DNA from: Eledone cirrhosa
Lineage: Eukaryota
Length of the DNA: 64,000 nt
Direction: 5' to 3'
Assembly: GCA_964016885.1 (NCBI GenBank)
Contig: OZ024745.1
Span: 123,814,001 to 123,878,000 of the forward strand
Both the position numbers and the translations under genes were made by a program. Shown piece after piece: positions 38,356 through 52,065 of the stretch (position 1 is its first letter; every line of letters starts with the position of its first letter). Below the pieces are notes generated by a model. It worked only from the letters and a program-made list of their open reading frames with translations, did not search any database and had not been told where the DNA came from.

Positions 38356-40344
38356 ATAATTATGCTATTCTTCAAGGAATTTTATTTGAGCATATTCTTT
38401 GTCAATTTGGTACTCCATTATTTTGGGGGGAAATTAATTTTAATCATTCATTAATCTACTATCATAAACCTCGTGGGTTCAAACTTGGTCAGCAGTATTG
38501 TGTTATATCCTTTGACAAAGTACATTTATCCCCATTTAGCTAGTTGCAAATAGTTGTATTTTGGTTGTATAGCTTCATAGTTGGCATCAAGCAGTGCATC
38601 GACTGCACTGATTCTAAACTTCATTCTTCTTCTGTTTCCCCTTTCCTATTTATTTCGCTATATTCTAGTTTAGAATGAAACTGCAAGAATAGTCTCAATT
38701 GATTGAGGTTTTTCCCCACTTACCATATTCACACTGTGGGACTCTATTTCTATGTATACAAATAGTACATTGTCTTTAATTTATGACAGATTATTTATCA
38801 TATTTGCTTTTCTTTTGTACCTGATGCAAGTGATATCCTTTGTTCCGTTACTTTTCTCACAAAGTTCCTTTTCTGCACTCACTATTTGCATTGCATTAGA
38901 TACCTGTTATTGATTTCTTGCTAATTCCCCTGAAATAATATGTTTTGTACTTCACTACTTCTATAGCCATGTTCACCTTTAATGCTCTTTCACTCAAGTC
39001 TTCTCTTTCATATTGCTACTACTTTGTGTTGTTCTTTAATAAATTCTATAACAGAAAAACTATGTCACTTTTGTAATGATGTTGTTGTAAGTGCATAACC
39101 CTATGTCAACTATTGACTAAATAGACTTATTGTTAAGGGTGTTCTAGTCATATCCACCTCATCTTCTTTAGCATTGCATACTTAAAATTACATTATATCC
39201 AGCATAATGAGGTTGCTGAGGTATGAAAATTGTCATAGATGTAGTGGCCTTATATCTTATAAAATATAAGCAGTAACTAAAATGAAGAAGAATGTCTAGT
39301 CTATCAGAATTTATATATTTAGAGCCAGGCATCAAATTATTTTTAATAGTATTGCCATATTATGTTGTATATATTATATTTACTTTCACTTCTGCCATTT
39401 CCAATATTCATAAATGCATCTGAATTTTGGTCAATGTCTTCTTTGGTGTTAGAATTCAGAAAATTCAATCTCTATTACATTTTTTTAGAATTGGAGACAA
39501 AGTTTATGTATGTCCATTTAAAATCCACTTGAACACTTCGAGTTAAGGATTCACTAATATATTTACTACATCATCATCATATTTAAGATGTAATTTAGAA
39601 TAGGAGTACCGTATGTAAATAGAATATCCTGCCAGCAGTGAGAAATGGGGAAAACAAATTGATTTATGGTATATGCTCATTATAAAGAATGTATACACAA
39701 TTCTTTGTAAGGGCTGCAGCAGAACATGATCTTATTGATTTTAACACTTTTAAATATAGTTTTGATAACTCCTGAAAGACATTCTTTGATAAGTGTGTGT
39801 CTCATTGATCACAAAATTGCAGGTATTCTGTGAAAGCTAATCTCTGGGTCAGCAAATACATAATGTTATTTGCCAAGTACTTTTCTTATCTTATCAGAAA
39901 ATAAGTGTTCCACGTTCTGATTCAAATTTATGCTACACCAGTTTTGCCATGATTCTCTATATATATCATATCTACCTTTAGCTGTGATTATTTAACCCAT
40001 TTAATATCAAACTACCTGAAACTACACCTTCCATCATAATTTCATGTAAGAACTTTTGATGTTTGAAACACTAGTTCAATTATAACCCATGCTAGTGTGG
40101 AAAATGGATGTTAAACAACAACGATGATGATGATGATAATAAAAATTAGTTGATTGCTAAATCCTTCTAAATTCTTAATAATTTTCAAAATGATTTGAGA
40201 ATCATTGACAGTATATTTCATGAGAAATATAGTAATGAAAGGGTTAATGCAGGCCTCTTAAATGTTAGAAAAATAGTTTTTTCTGTTACTATTTTAATAA
40301 TCAAGCCACCATCATGCTAATATCTAAAAAAAAAGTCGTCAAAA

Positions 40345-40620
40345 GTCTGTCTTAAGCCAGAAGGCTCATTTGGCCAGTGCTTATCCCAGTTTCATGGCGT
40401 GAAGCGACTGAGAGTACAAGACCCCCCCCCCCTGGACAGGAAGCCAGTCCATCGCATGGTTAAACCCCAAGCTATTGCTGGTACTCACTTTCAGCTGAGT
40501 ATACTGGAGCAACGTGAAATGAAGTGTTTTGTTCAAGAACAAAACACACAACCCAGGAATCGAACCCACGGCATTATGATCGTGCGTCCAACACCCTTAC
40601 CACTAGGCCATGTGCCTTCA
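40345..40620 (-). mobile_element. tRNA-derived SINE related to family A, with a different 3' part
   Basis: Head gaaggcacatggcctagtggtaagg…gggttcgattcc and the ttcttgaacaaaacacttcatttcacgttgctccag body. A similar copy lies at ~57895-58120. Confidence 0.7.
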
Positions 40621-43600
40621 CCATGCTAATATAGGCTTTTTTTTTTTTTTTTTAAATGATGATTAATGAGCCAAAGAAGTCCCTACGTGGTTACTCAACC
40701 CATTTGAAGTAGTCACCAAATCTCCCTTAAATGTTATGCTCTTCTATCCTAAAGACAGGAAGCGAACATTGTATAATGTAGTTTTGAAAATATATTATCA
40801 TCATCATATCATATAATGTCTACTTTCCATGATGACATGGGTTGAACTTGACATCACCGTTTGAGACTAAATATCAGAGAACTATGTCCACACATCAGCA
40901 TGATATCTATGTCTGGATGTCCTTCCTAATGCCACTTTACAGAGTGTACTGGTTCCATTTTATTGTGACACCAACACTACCACTTTACAGAGTGTACTGG
41001 GTGCGTTTCATTTTGGCACCAGCACTAGAGAGGTAGTCATGTTCTTTATTTACTCCATTTTATCACTGGTGGTTACTGCTGGAGTACTTTTGATCATATC
41101 TCTGTTCAATCAGAGCTTACCTAGGGTTCAAAAATTAAAATAGCCTATGATAAATTACCTCTTTCTCAGGCAGTTTAGTGCTATAAGATCTCTGAGAATT
41201 AAAAAAATATATCTATGTCTTTTATGTTGATGATATTATAAGCACCCATAAAATCTAGCACTTGTAGCTTTGGTGTACAATGCTTACATTTTATCATGTG
41301 TTCCTACTTTTGAATATTAGTCACAGTTACCAGATATAATAATGCATATCTGGTACAAGTAATACTATTATCATCTGTGGTGGAGGACAATCATTTATAA
41401 AAGCAAAATCAAAAATATATTTTTAGAAAGAAAATGAAACAGAAATAGGTAGACGGGGCAGTTTTGTAAGTGTATGCATATGTGTGTATATATATATACA
41501 CGTGTGTGTATGTATATATATGTGTGTGTATGCGTATATATATATATATATATACACACACACATATATATATATACACACACATATATATATATATATA
41601 ACACATATATACATTATACATAATACACTTATATACATATATAATAAAAATGTTTAAATCTGAATAAATTATTATTTTGTGTCTTATCTTCCATGCAATA
41701 TTTTAGTTCTTTCAACAAAAATCCTTCTCTCTTTGTCAGGTATAAATTCTTGCATGTTTCACATCACACATTCATATTCCTCTCATATACTCTTTCCAAC
41801 TGAATGAACTTAATTTTTCTTTACAATATACTTCTTAAGAGATACATCTTTGCAACCATTTGTTGCCAATAGAATATCTGTAGCAGCCTTTCTGCTGCTG
41901 TTGGCTATGATGATGGTGATTACAAGAGTGGTTCTGTTAGAGTTATATAATTCTAATAGAGCTTTATATTTCTTTTTATTATTTGACGAAATCTTGAGAA
42001 TTTCCTCTGCAACTTTTACAGGTGTCTTATTAATTCATATTTTCAGTATTCTTAATAATAAAACTCTGAATTGAACTAATAGGAAAATAGAATTTAGAAG
42101 AAAAAATGTAAAATATTTTCATTGAAAAATAAAGATATTTCAAGGGTTATTTTCAAGTCTAAGATAATTTTTCTTTTCTTTTTCATTTAGTTTCATAATT
42201 TTATTATAATTCTATTTTACTTTTTGCTTCCATAAATGTTATTTTAGTTAGATTTATTCTTATAAGAAGGATAACAATGCTTAGTTGTTTGCATAAGGAT
42301 TTTAAAATGTAAAAATGGTCACTGTGCCTAGATTTGAATGGTGGTGGTGGCAGTGGTGGTGGTATAATATAATTCAAATTTATAATATATATATTTATGT
42401 ATAACAAAATCTGTGAGGAGTGTACTGAATGCCATACATGAAAAATTATTCATTTATTAAAATTCCCTTTGCATTCTGAGTAGGTAAACAAAGACCTAGA
42501 AGTGATTGTTAGCAATTCTGAATATGAAGAGGAGACAATTTCATGAAATTAAGAATGAATTCATAAAGAATTAACCTACTTAAATAAAAAAGGACAATCT
42601 GGTTTTTGTTTCAGCATAGCTTTGTCCTTCTTGTCTCCAAATCAATGAAGATGTTTTGACATATAGTAAAAATGTTGACGGCATTCCTGGCCAAGGATAA
42701 TTTGCTTATCATCTTCATCTTCATCATAATTTTACATCTATATTCCATTTTGGCATAAAACCATTCTAGAAAAGGAACACATTAAGTAAGACCTGGTCTC
42801 CTGACATGTCTGGGAGGACATTAATTCCAACTCAGTACTGACCTAAACTGTAACAGTCTATACAACTCAAGCCAACACAGAAAAACAGATGTAAAATGAA
42901 GAAGAAAAATATGATAGAATAATTTGGCATCTGTCTATGGCTCCACTACTAACTATTGTTTCTTTCAAAGAAAACTGATGATTATGAGATGAAAGTAAAT
43001 CATTTCAGTTGTGCATCAATTAAGATGGTATCAGTGCAGATAAAAAACATTGGTAAAAACAAATAAAAAAAATACTATTAACTAATGGTGTAGTACACAG
43101 TACCGCAATAAAAAGTAGCTGAAAACATCAAGTATCAACAACAGACATATCTGTGAGCTGAAAAACTTTCTAATGATGTGAATGATGAATATTCATGAGT
43201 GTGAGACAAAATATGCTTTTACCTGTAGTTATCCTAGATGTCTGTCTGTATGTAAAGGTTTGACTGTGGTTGGCTGATTTTGTAAATTAGAATATTTGAA
43301 AATAACTATTATTTTTTGGCTGCTTTCAGCCATTCAATTGTAACTATTCTGAGACATCAACTTAAAAGATTTAACCCTTTAGCATTTACATTACAAGAGT
43401 TTAGCATAAGGAAATGTTTCCAGCCATAGAAAACTTCACTCAATCATCTTACCTGTTCAACCTCAGAACATAACAAGCATGAGATTGATGATGATGATGT
43501 GTGTTTTTTTATGGCTATCATGACATTTCCGCAATGTAATTGTTTCAGTTTCAATGTGTGAAGTCAAATCAATTTGCTTTCCAAGCATTAAGAACTCTAT

Positions 43601-43654
43601 AATATATCCTTTGTGTGGTCCCCTTGGAACCACAACAAAAGTGACCAATCCAAA

Positions 43655-43915
43655 CAATAAAGTGATCATGTAGATGTCACGGAAAAAGCACCCAGTCCAC
43701 ACTGTAAAGTGGTTGTGTAGGTATCATGACAAAAAGCACCCACACACACTGTACATGTGGTTGGTGTTAGGAAGGTCATCCAGTTGTAGAAACCAAGCCC
43801 AAATCAGTTCTGTGTGAGCGAAACATGGTTCTCTGACCTGATTTCTCACAAAGGGACAGCCCGTCCTACCCATGCTAGCGTGGAAAATGGATGTTAAATG
43901 ATGATGATGATGATT
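43655..43915 (+). mobile_element. SINE/RTE 3' part
   Basis: Body modules, stem-loop and (ATG)n tail. Confidence 0.7.
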
Positions 43916-44139
43916 GGCCCAAGTCCAGACATAATGAACTCTGGCACATGCCGGATACTTAATAATATTAAAGAAAAAAAAAGGGGTATGAGAGAAAAAA
44001 CAAAAGGAGCTGATTATGAAATGTTTCAGTTGGTCTTTCCATTGCTGATACTATCTGCCAGTCACAAGTTTGGCAGAAGCATTACCACTTTCCTAGTGGT
44101 GCTCCTGAAAGTAGTATCAGTGCTTTTCCAGTGGTAGGA

Positions 44140-44930
44140 GGTAGGATTTGAACTCACAATGTACAGAACTGGAATAGATCCATTTAAGTCTTTACCAGTT
44201 CTATTACTCTATTACCTCTGGCCTTAGTGCTTTATCTTTTTGACTTTGAAAGGCAAAGTTGACCTCTGAGCTTTGAATTCAGGACTAACAAACACCTTGA
44301 CATTTAATCTGACATTCTAACCATTCTACTGTCTAACTCCCTTTCATTCTTCAGGGGTTGATAAATTAAAGTACCAGTAATGCACTGGTGTTGATTCAAT
44401 CCATTTTGCCCCTCCCCAAATTTGCCTGGCTTTGTGCCTCAATTAGAAATTAATATTGGTTTCTGGTTTAGACAATTTTGGGAGAGGGTTAAAATCGACT
44501 AAATCGACCCTATTGCATTACTGGTACTTTATTTTATTGGCCTTGTAAGGATGAAAAGCAAAGGTAACCTTGGCATAATTTGAACTCAGATCGTAAAGGG
44601 CCGTAACTCTATGCCATAAAGCATGTTGTTCAAAGCTCCACAAATACTACCAATCCACCACCCTTAGAAATAGAAATCAATATTAAACTCTGGATACACA
44701 GGTTGCTTTTGTTGTTGTTTTTAGAGGAGAGATATTATTACCATTGATGTTGCACTGGAAATTGAGATTTTGACTTTTCATGTGTAACTTTTCATTGTTG
44801 TCATTTGGCAGTGTTGGTAGAGCTGGGGATAACTTGGCCTTTCATCCTTACTGGGTCAATAAAAATAAAGTACCAGTAATCCACTGGGGTAATTGCTGGT
44901 CTTGTGTCAAAAGTAGAAACAATTATTATC
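44140..44930. mobile_element. Cluster of degenerate SINE family B copies on both strands
   Basis: Repeated tttcatcctt…gataaa…aagtaccagtaatgcactgg motifs in both orientations. Confidence 0.6.
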
Positions 44931-45429
44931 TTCAACATTGTCATCATTGTCATCATCATCATTATATCCTTTTTTCCCATATTGCAAGTCTTAAAGCATG
45001 TTGCAGATGGCTGTTCAAAATTTGCTGCTTTAATAATTGCAACTCAAAATAGATAAAAAGCAAAGATGATCTTGGTGAGATATGAATTCTAAATATAGGG
45101 AGGAACTAAATACTGAAGTGTCCTACTGTTTTTGTCACTGTACTTACGTGAATCCTTATCTCAGTAATAATAATTTGATCTGCAGGCAGAAACAGTAACC
45201 AAAGAGACTTGGACTGTTCATTCAGGTATTAAGAACTACAGATGGAAGCAACCAGCATGTGATGTAAGAAGTTGACAATAGTGGTTGCTAGAGTTGATGA
45301 AATATATAAATTGTCCACAAAATAATCACTGTAACGAAAAGAGTTTTCATCTGAAGTCATGCTGGTTAATAATTGTTCACACACACACACGCACGCACAT
45401 ATATATATATGGGGTGGGTGGGTATGTAT

Positions 45430-45477
<48 letters not shown>

Positions 45478-45557
45478 AAGGTATATATTGAGTTAGAAAC
45501 TCAAAATAGTCTCTTACAATAAAATAGCTCTAGGAAAGAGATTTTTCCGAGCCGTAT

Positions 45558-46246
45558 ATTATAATTGAATATAAAATAAAAACGAACACAGATATATAGA
45601 TATATGTGTTCAAATCGTAAGGGACCAGATTCGCTAAGGTGAAAGAATACTAACTATAGACAATCGGGTTTGCCAGACTCAATTTAAGAATAAATTAAGA
45701 AAATAAATACAAACCAGAATTGTGGTAACTACCAATCACCCGGACAGCTTTTGGTACTGCTGTTTCGCAAAATAAATTGTGAATAGGAATGCCAATCCTT
45801 GCTCATCGTGATATTCGGCCCCATTAATTTGTTGAGCTAATTCAAATGTCGAAATAAACCTGGCTGCTAATTTTAATGGTGTAAGCTTGTGAAATGCGCT
45901 AAGTTCAGATACCATATGCGTTGTTATATATACGCACACTATTCAGTTTCTTAATATACTTAGAAGTGTCTAGGATACTAATTCTTCATCCACTGATGAG
46001 CAAGAATTGGTATTTCTATTCACAATTTATTTTGCGAAACAGCAGTACCAAGAGCTGTCTGGGTGATTGGTAGTTACCACAATTCCGGTTTGTATTTATT
46101 TTCTTGATTTATTCTTAAATTGAGTCAGGCAAACCCGATTGTCCATAGTTAGTATTCTGTTCACCTTAGCGAATCTGGTCCCTTACGATTTGAACACATA
46201 TATGTATATATATATGTTTATCTTTCTTTTATATTCAATTATAATT
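45558..46246. mobile_element. PLE pLTR-like inverted repeat (~250 bp arms) with a hammerhead
   Basis: 45558-45807 is the reverse complement of ~45995-46246 with about ten differences, in a TA-rich context. Confidence 0.85.
45986..46066 (+). ncRNA. Canonical type I hammerhead ribozyme
   Basis: Stem I tcatcca/tgggtga (extendable by tactaat/attggta). CTGATGA at 45993-99. Stem II GCAAGA…TTTTGC. GAAAC at 46036-40. Stem III ACAGC-agtaccaaga-GCTGT. Cleavage GTC^ after 46059. Confidence 0.88.
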
Positions 46247-46370
46247 ATATATATAAATAGTATTAATTATACTATTTATGGTTATGCAAATACAAAAACC
46301 TTTTGCAGTTATATATATTTTTTATAAACCCTAAACAGTGGTAGGCAGTAATATATTATAATTCATATAT

Positions 46371-46640
46371 GCCGAAACAAATGAGATCGTGTAGGTGTCA
46401 CGACAAAAAAACACACAGTCCACGCTGTAATGTGGCCGTGTAGGCAACACGGTAAAAACCTCCCAGACCCACACTGTAAATGTGGTTGGTGTTAGGAAGG
46501 GCATCCAACTGTAGAAAACCTGCCAGACAGTCCTATGCGAGCAAGACAATCACTCTTGCCTCAAGTGGGACTACCCCCGTCCAAACCCATGCAAGCGTGG
46601 AACACGGACGTTAAACGGTGATGATGATGATGATGATGAT
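46371..46640 (+). mobile_element. RTE/SINE 3' end (same subfamily as 13780-14128)
   Basis: Near-identical reverse complement of 13780-14050, with a (GAT)n tail. Confidence 0.8.
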
Positions 46641-47106
46641 ATATATATGAATTTTCATGATTTGTAGGATTCTCAGCACAATGGGTAGCTATAAACAGCT
46701 GATTATTATATGTATAGTGAAAAGTCGGGTTAAGATATAACCACTAATTGAACAGAGAGAGGGCACCTCCTCTCTAGGTCTGAATACATCAGATTTCTCC
46801 CAGGGAAGGATAGAAAGTGTGGGAATCGAATTGAGAAAGAATCAACCCCAGTACTTGACTGTTGCTTTATTTATTGAATGGAAGCAAGCATGGGTGGCAT
46901 GTTTGTGTAATGGGTTTGTGTCCCATGTACCTCAATACTCATCCTTTTTTCCATTCAGAGGGTTTTTTTTAAATCACAACCGACAGACTAATTCTATGTA
47001 GTCGAATACGGCATAAGCACATGTTACTACCTAATTTTCAAATTCGCTAGCTGTTTGTAAACACAGCCTGCTTTGTGTTTCCCTATTTATATACATATAT
47101 ATATAT

Positions 47107-47224
<118 letters not shown>

Positions 47225-47237
47225 ATACATATATATC

Positions 47238-48049
47238 ACGGGATGGAAGAAGTTTAGGGAACTACTACCACTGCTAGCTGCAAAAGGCTTCTCCCTCAGA
47301 ATGAAAGGCAGACTGTATGATGCGTGTATCCGAACAGCGATGTTGCATGGTAGTGAGACCTGGGCGCTGAAGGTGGAAGACTTACGTAGATTAGAGAGAA
47401 ACGAAGCCTGCATGCTCCGATGGATGTGTAACAGTAATATACGTGAACGACAAAGCATAAATGAATTGAGAGAGAGACTGAGCATAAGAGGAATCAAATG
47501 CTGTGTGCAGGAGAGGCGGTTGCGCTGGTATGGACATGTGATGCGTATGAAGGATGACAGCTGCATAAAAAGGTGCAGAGCACTAGAAGTTGATGGAAAC
47601 CGCGGAGTGGGGAGACCCAAGATGACCTGGGATGAGGTGGTAAAAGCCGACCTTACCCAACTACACCTCTCAAAGACAATGACACACGACCGTGACTTCT
47701 GGCGTCACGCAGTAATACAGAGTACCCAACCTCCCATGGGTACATGCTGAAGCATATAAACAATATGCCCCCACACCCCCCACCGCAAGGTGGTCGTGGA
47801 GGTGCCACGGCAAAAAAGCCCCCAGCCCACACTGTAAAGTGGACGTGTAGGCGCCACGAAAAAGCACCCAGCACTCACTGTAAATGAGGTTGGTGTTAGG
47901 AAGGGCATCCAGCTGTAGAAATCAAGCCAGATCAGTTCCTGTATGAGCAAGGCATGGTCAGCCGACCAGACACTGCACACAACAGGACAACCCGTCTAAC
48001 CCATGCTAGCGTGGAAGAACGGACGTAAAACGGTGATGATGATGATGAT
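47238..48049 (+). mobile_element. 5'-truncated young copy of the RTE LINE at 14340-17649
   Basis: Almost identical to 16834-17649; inserted after a (TA)/(TG) tract. Confidence 0.92.
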
Positions 48050-48122
48050 AGGTGTATAAGTCCAAGATAATTGTGTCCGTAGGCAGTATGCCCGGTGAAC
48101 ACTCAATGCTCTCACAGAGCAA

Positions 48123-48460
48123 AGTATAAGAAAGGAACAAAGAATCAGTGTTGCATCATAACATATTTGATAACATATTACATATGTTTCATTGTTGATC
48201 AGCTCAAGGAATGATCTATTGTTGATCGAACCTGACGCTGGAATCGAAAGATCTTCAGATATGCCTCAATATGTAAGTTCATCTCACAATATCAGAGACA
48301 AGCTTATATACTGAGGCATATCTGAGGATCTTTTGATTCCAGCATCAGGTTCGATCAATAATGGATCGTTCCTGGAGCTGATCGACAATGAAACATATGT
48401 AATATATTATTAAATGTGTTATAATGCAACACTGATTCTTTGTGTCTTTATTCTTATACT
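48123..48460. ncRNA. Inverted repeat with a long-stem-II minimal hammerhead on each arm
   Basis: + arm: ggcatat-CTGAGGA(48322-28)…GAAAC-ATAT-GTA^atatatt. - arm: ttgaggcatat-CTGAAGA…GAAAC-ATAT-GTA^atatgttatcaa. Confidence 0.65.
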
Positions 48461-48829
48461 ATATATATATTATATATTATATTATATATATATATGTATG
48501 GATATGATAAACTTAGGAAAATTAACAGAGGAGATGAGACAATGAACGAAAACAAGGCAAAATAAAAATACATATGAAAGACACATTGGCATTTGAGGTA
48601 GACTTTGGCAGTTTCCACCATTACCAATGGTACTGCCAGTCCACCCGGGGTCATAGCATCTGGTACAAGCCAAAGGGCTGTTCATGGAGTAAGAGAGAAG
48701 TAAAACAATAACTTATAGCGATTAGCTACAACTTGTACTTATAGAATTCTATATGACATCGGGGAGGTTATCTAACTCGAGTAAAAATAAATTAATTTTT
48801 AACATATGAACAAGACTGAATGGTCCTTG

Positions 48830-49170
48830 CAGTAATGTTACTGGATAGAGTGCATAGCTCAGAGATCAGGTAGAGCTGCTACTTCTCCAAATTGAGGAAT
48901 CACAGCTCCGATACTATGGGCATGTGGTTAGAATATCTCAAGAAAGAATTGCTGGACAGATTTTACAGGCAAAAACCAAATGGCAGGAGACCTAGGGGTA
49001 GACTCCAAGCAAGATGGTTGGATAACATCCATGAGCTTGGCTGGCCTCTCTTAGGGATTCAACTGGATCAGTTGGAGACTTTTGCTTCTAACAGGACCTG
49101 CTGGAAGGAGTGTTTGAGGACTCTGCCCCCACAACCCTCCCAGAAATATGTGGGCAAAGAAAAAGAACAA
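48830..49170 (+). mobile_element. RTE (Expander-like) C-terminal fragment
   Basis: …KPNGRRPRGRLQARWLDNIHELGW…LETFASNRTCWKECLRTLPPQP. Confidence 0.7.
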
Positions 49171-50074
49171 CAAGACCACACATCTGAGAAATGGGTGCAA
49201 TTAATTAATTTGAGCCGGAAATGATAAAAAACAAAGATGACATTGTTGTGATTTTAGCTCAGAATATAAAGGGACATAATTGAATACCACAAAGTACCCC
49301 CACACACACTCCCGTAATGATTCTGCCACATCATTTACTGTTTCACACTTGCTGTATATTGATTCATCTAGGAATTCTCTAAGGAAAAATCTTCTGAGAG
49401 TCACACATCTCCAAAAAAGGAAGGAAGCATTGATATTAATATTTCTCACTCCACCTGTGAAAAAAAAACAAAAAAAAAAACAGAACATATGTCACGGCTG
49501 AAATGACTGTGTTTAGATTGGGGCTAAACTACAGCTAAACATCAGCATTTACTTTTGACTGTATCCTTTACAGCCATCCATGATTTAGCAGCATTAGAAA
49601 TGGTATCACTTCTACGGGTTTCATGCTACCATTTTTAGCCAATTCTTCTGTGTTATTTTTTGTTATGTATTCATTATTTATTTATTTTTATAATGGCATA
49701 GGAATGAATTCTTGTGTTGAGATAGGAGGAAATTATCATCTTCATTGGATTGGAAGCAAGGTGGATGAAACTAAGTCTTCCTTATTTGTCAGATATCTGT
49801 AGGAAGGAAAGAAGAGAGGAATTGGACTGGATTCTTTCTTATTCAGTTAACATCTCAAAAACAACCCAACTCCTTTAGAATCAGTGTGTATGTCGAATAT
49901 CATAGGCAAACATGTTAGTTGTTAACAGATAGCTGTTAGATTGATTAAATCTTCTGATGCACTGTCTACATCAACATTTAAATTAGATGAAACATTCCTC
50001 AATTTGCTGGTAGAAGGTGTTTATATATGAGGTGACTGTGTGTCCATACACACACACACGTATGTATATATATG

Positions 50075-50107
<33 letters not shown>

Positions 50108-50175
50108 GTGTATATGTATATATACATATATATATCATCATCATCATCGTTTAACGTCCATCTTCCATGCTAGCA

Positions 50176-50250
<75 letters not shown>

Positions 50251-51028
50251 TTTCATACACACTCAGCAGATTTTCATCCATTTTCTCTGTATTTATATGA
50301 ATTGAATATTCTTTTTTTGTTGTTGTTTGTTTGTTTGTTTGTTTTTTCGATGGAGCAAATGTTTTGCAGCTGGATGCTTCTACTTCTTCTAACCATTCAG
50401 TCGTGAATTAGGAAGGAAGTTTGGGGGGGGGGGGGGGGATTTACCTTTGGCTATTTCTTTTTTTTTATATTTCATTTTATTTTATTTTTTTCATTCTTTT
50501 TGTTCAGTCAGTTAAACTCAAGCAAAATGGCAAAAAAAAAAAATGGAAACCAACTTAAAGATTAGAGTCCAAATAAATTGGTGGTAGCTTGCTTTGATAA
50601 GATACAGTCAGTAAAATTGGTAAAATAAGATTTGTTCATGTGCCATGAGAAATGAATTCTGATTCTTCAGGCAATATATTTCTCATTTCCTCAAAGACAG
50701 CATCAATGTTCCAAATATCAGAATTCACTTTTCCTTGCAGCACAAAGTATAAAGAAAGTTGGGGTGCAGAGTTGAAGCTTTGGAAAATGTGGGGCTGGGA
50801 TTGTTTTGAGAAAGACAGTACAATACAGGAAATAAATGATTGAAAATGAAAAATGAACAAAACCTCAGTTAACACTATTATCTTATATTTAATATTTTGG
50901 TGTGAGAATCCCCTTCTCAATAAATAAGAAAGAAGTGAATTGTGAGGGTAATGGTGAGCTGAACTTTTCTGCAAAGATATTGGGTTGCTGTGATACTGGC
51001 ATGTCCACATTTGTTGGATGGTTTTAAT

Positions 51029-52065
51029 TTAACCCTTTAGCATTCACATTAATTTGTTAAATGTCATGTTTATCTGTTCGCATTATTTTCAGTTAATCAT
51101 ACTCAAGAGGGTTATCAATTTTATTTGTTTGTAATTTTCTTAATTTTCTATGTGCAGGTTTAAAATTTTGTGAGTAGATGTTTAAATATCAATAATTTAT
51201 AATTATATAATTTTACCTGATTTTTTTGGTTAAATTTGACTTTTATGAGCAGGTGAAATTAATTAATAGGGGCATTTGAAGTATCAACCAGGTGCAAATA
51301 CTGGTTTAATTTTAAATACGTTGTTTTCGGCATAATATTTGATATATAAGGATCACTAAACCTTATATCAGTGTTCCAGTAATTCCACAGTCTTGGAAAT
51401 TGTTTTATACCGAACATAATATTTACGGTAAAAAATACTTGCATTTCAGCAACATCTGTCGGTCGCCATAACAGATCGAGTTTTCCTCGATTTGAAATCT
51501 GTTGTTGGGTATATCGATTAATCTCTTCTGTCACAACTTCGAAGAAAGTTTGTCGTAAAAACAAAAAGAAATAATCCAGTGCTTTAGCATCGGGAGCTAA
51601 TGTGTGTTGTGGACCAGTATTTTGAATAAAATTGGGAACATATATTGGGGTGGTATTTTTCAACCACGTTGCTGTAATATTTTCAATGGCGTCCTGGAGA
51701 TCTCCTTCGTTTTCACGTTCAAAACAACAATCATCGTCGGATGAAATTTCAGAAATGTAAACATCAGATTGTTTGTTTCTTGTTTATTCTGAATGTCGTC
51801 GTGTGTAAAACCTTCAAAGACGGTATCGCTACTTTCACAAGCCATGTTGATCACAAAAAATCTGTTCTACTTTCAACGTTAAAAAGCACGTGTTGTTTTA
51901 AGTTAAGTGTTAATTTTCGCAGTAATCTCGAATTGACGAGATTTTGATGACGGTATTGTTTATTTTTAGAACAATATTTTAGTGTGGGTGTTATCGGGCA
52001 GATTGAACAAATGAAGGGGAAATAATTGCGGCCGGTTTGGGGCGGTTTGAACACTAAAGAGTTAA
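51029..52065 (-). mobile_element. Internally deleted piggyBac with a transposase N-terminal remnant
   Basis: TTAA-CCCTTTAG…CTAAAGAG-TTAA ends. ORF pieces ALDYFFLFL…EVVTEEINRY…WRPTDVAEM…NYWNTD…MPKTTYLKLNQYLH (PGBD4-like). Confidence 0.85.

Noticed and set aside
45601-46200. A-to-G editing footprint between inverted-repeat arms
   Set aside because: By-eye mismatches include both G:T and A:C types (about 5 vs 3), which is compatible with ordinary transitions.
46975-47090. GACTA-loop-TAGTC-GAATAC hairpin in a TA-adjacent repeat (second copy inverted at 21390-21490)
   Set aside because: Lacks CUGANGA and GAAA, so it cannot be called a hammerhead. Recorded only as an unclassified repeat.
50636-51010. 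124-aa minus ORF faintly resembling a mariner transposase C-terminus
   Set aside because: No intact YSPDLAP or DD34D motif and no TIRs seen; too degenerate to support.
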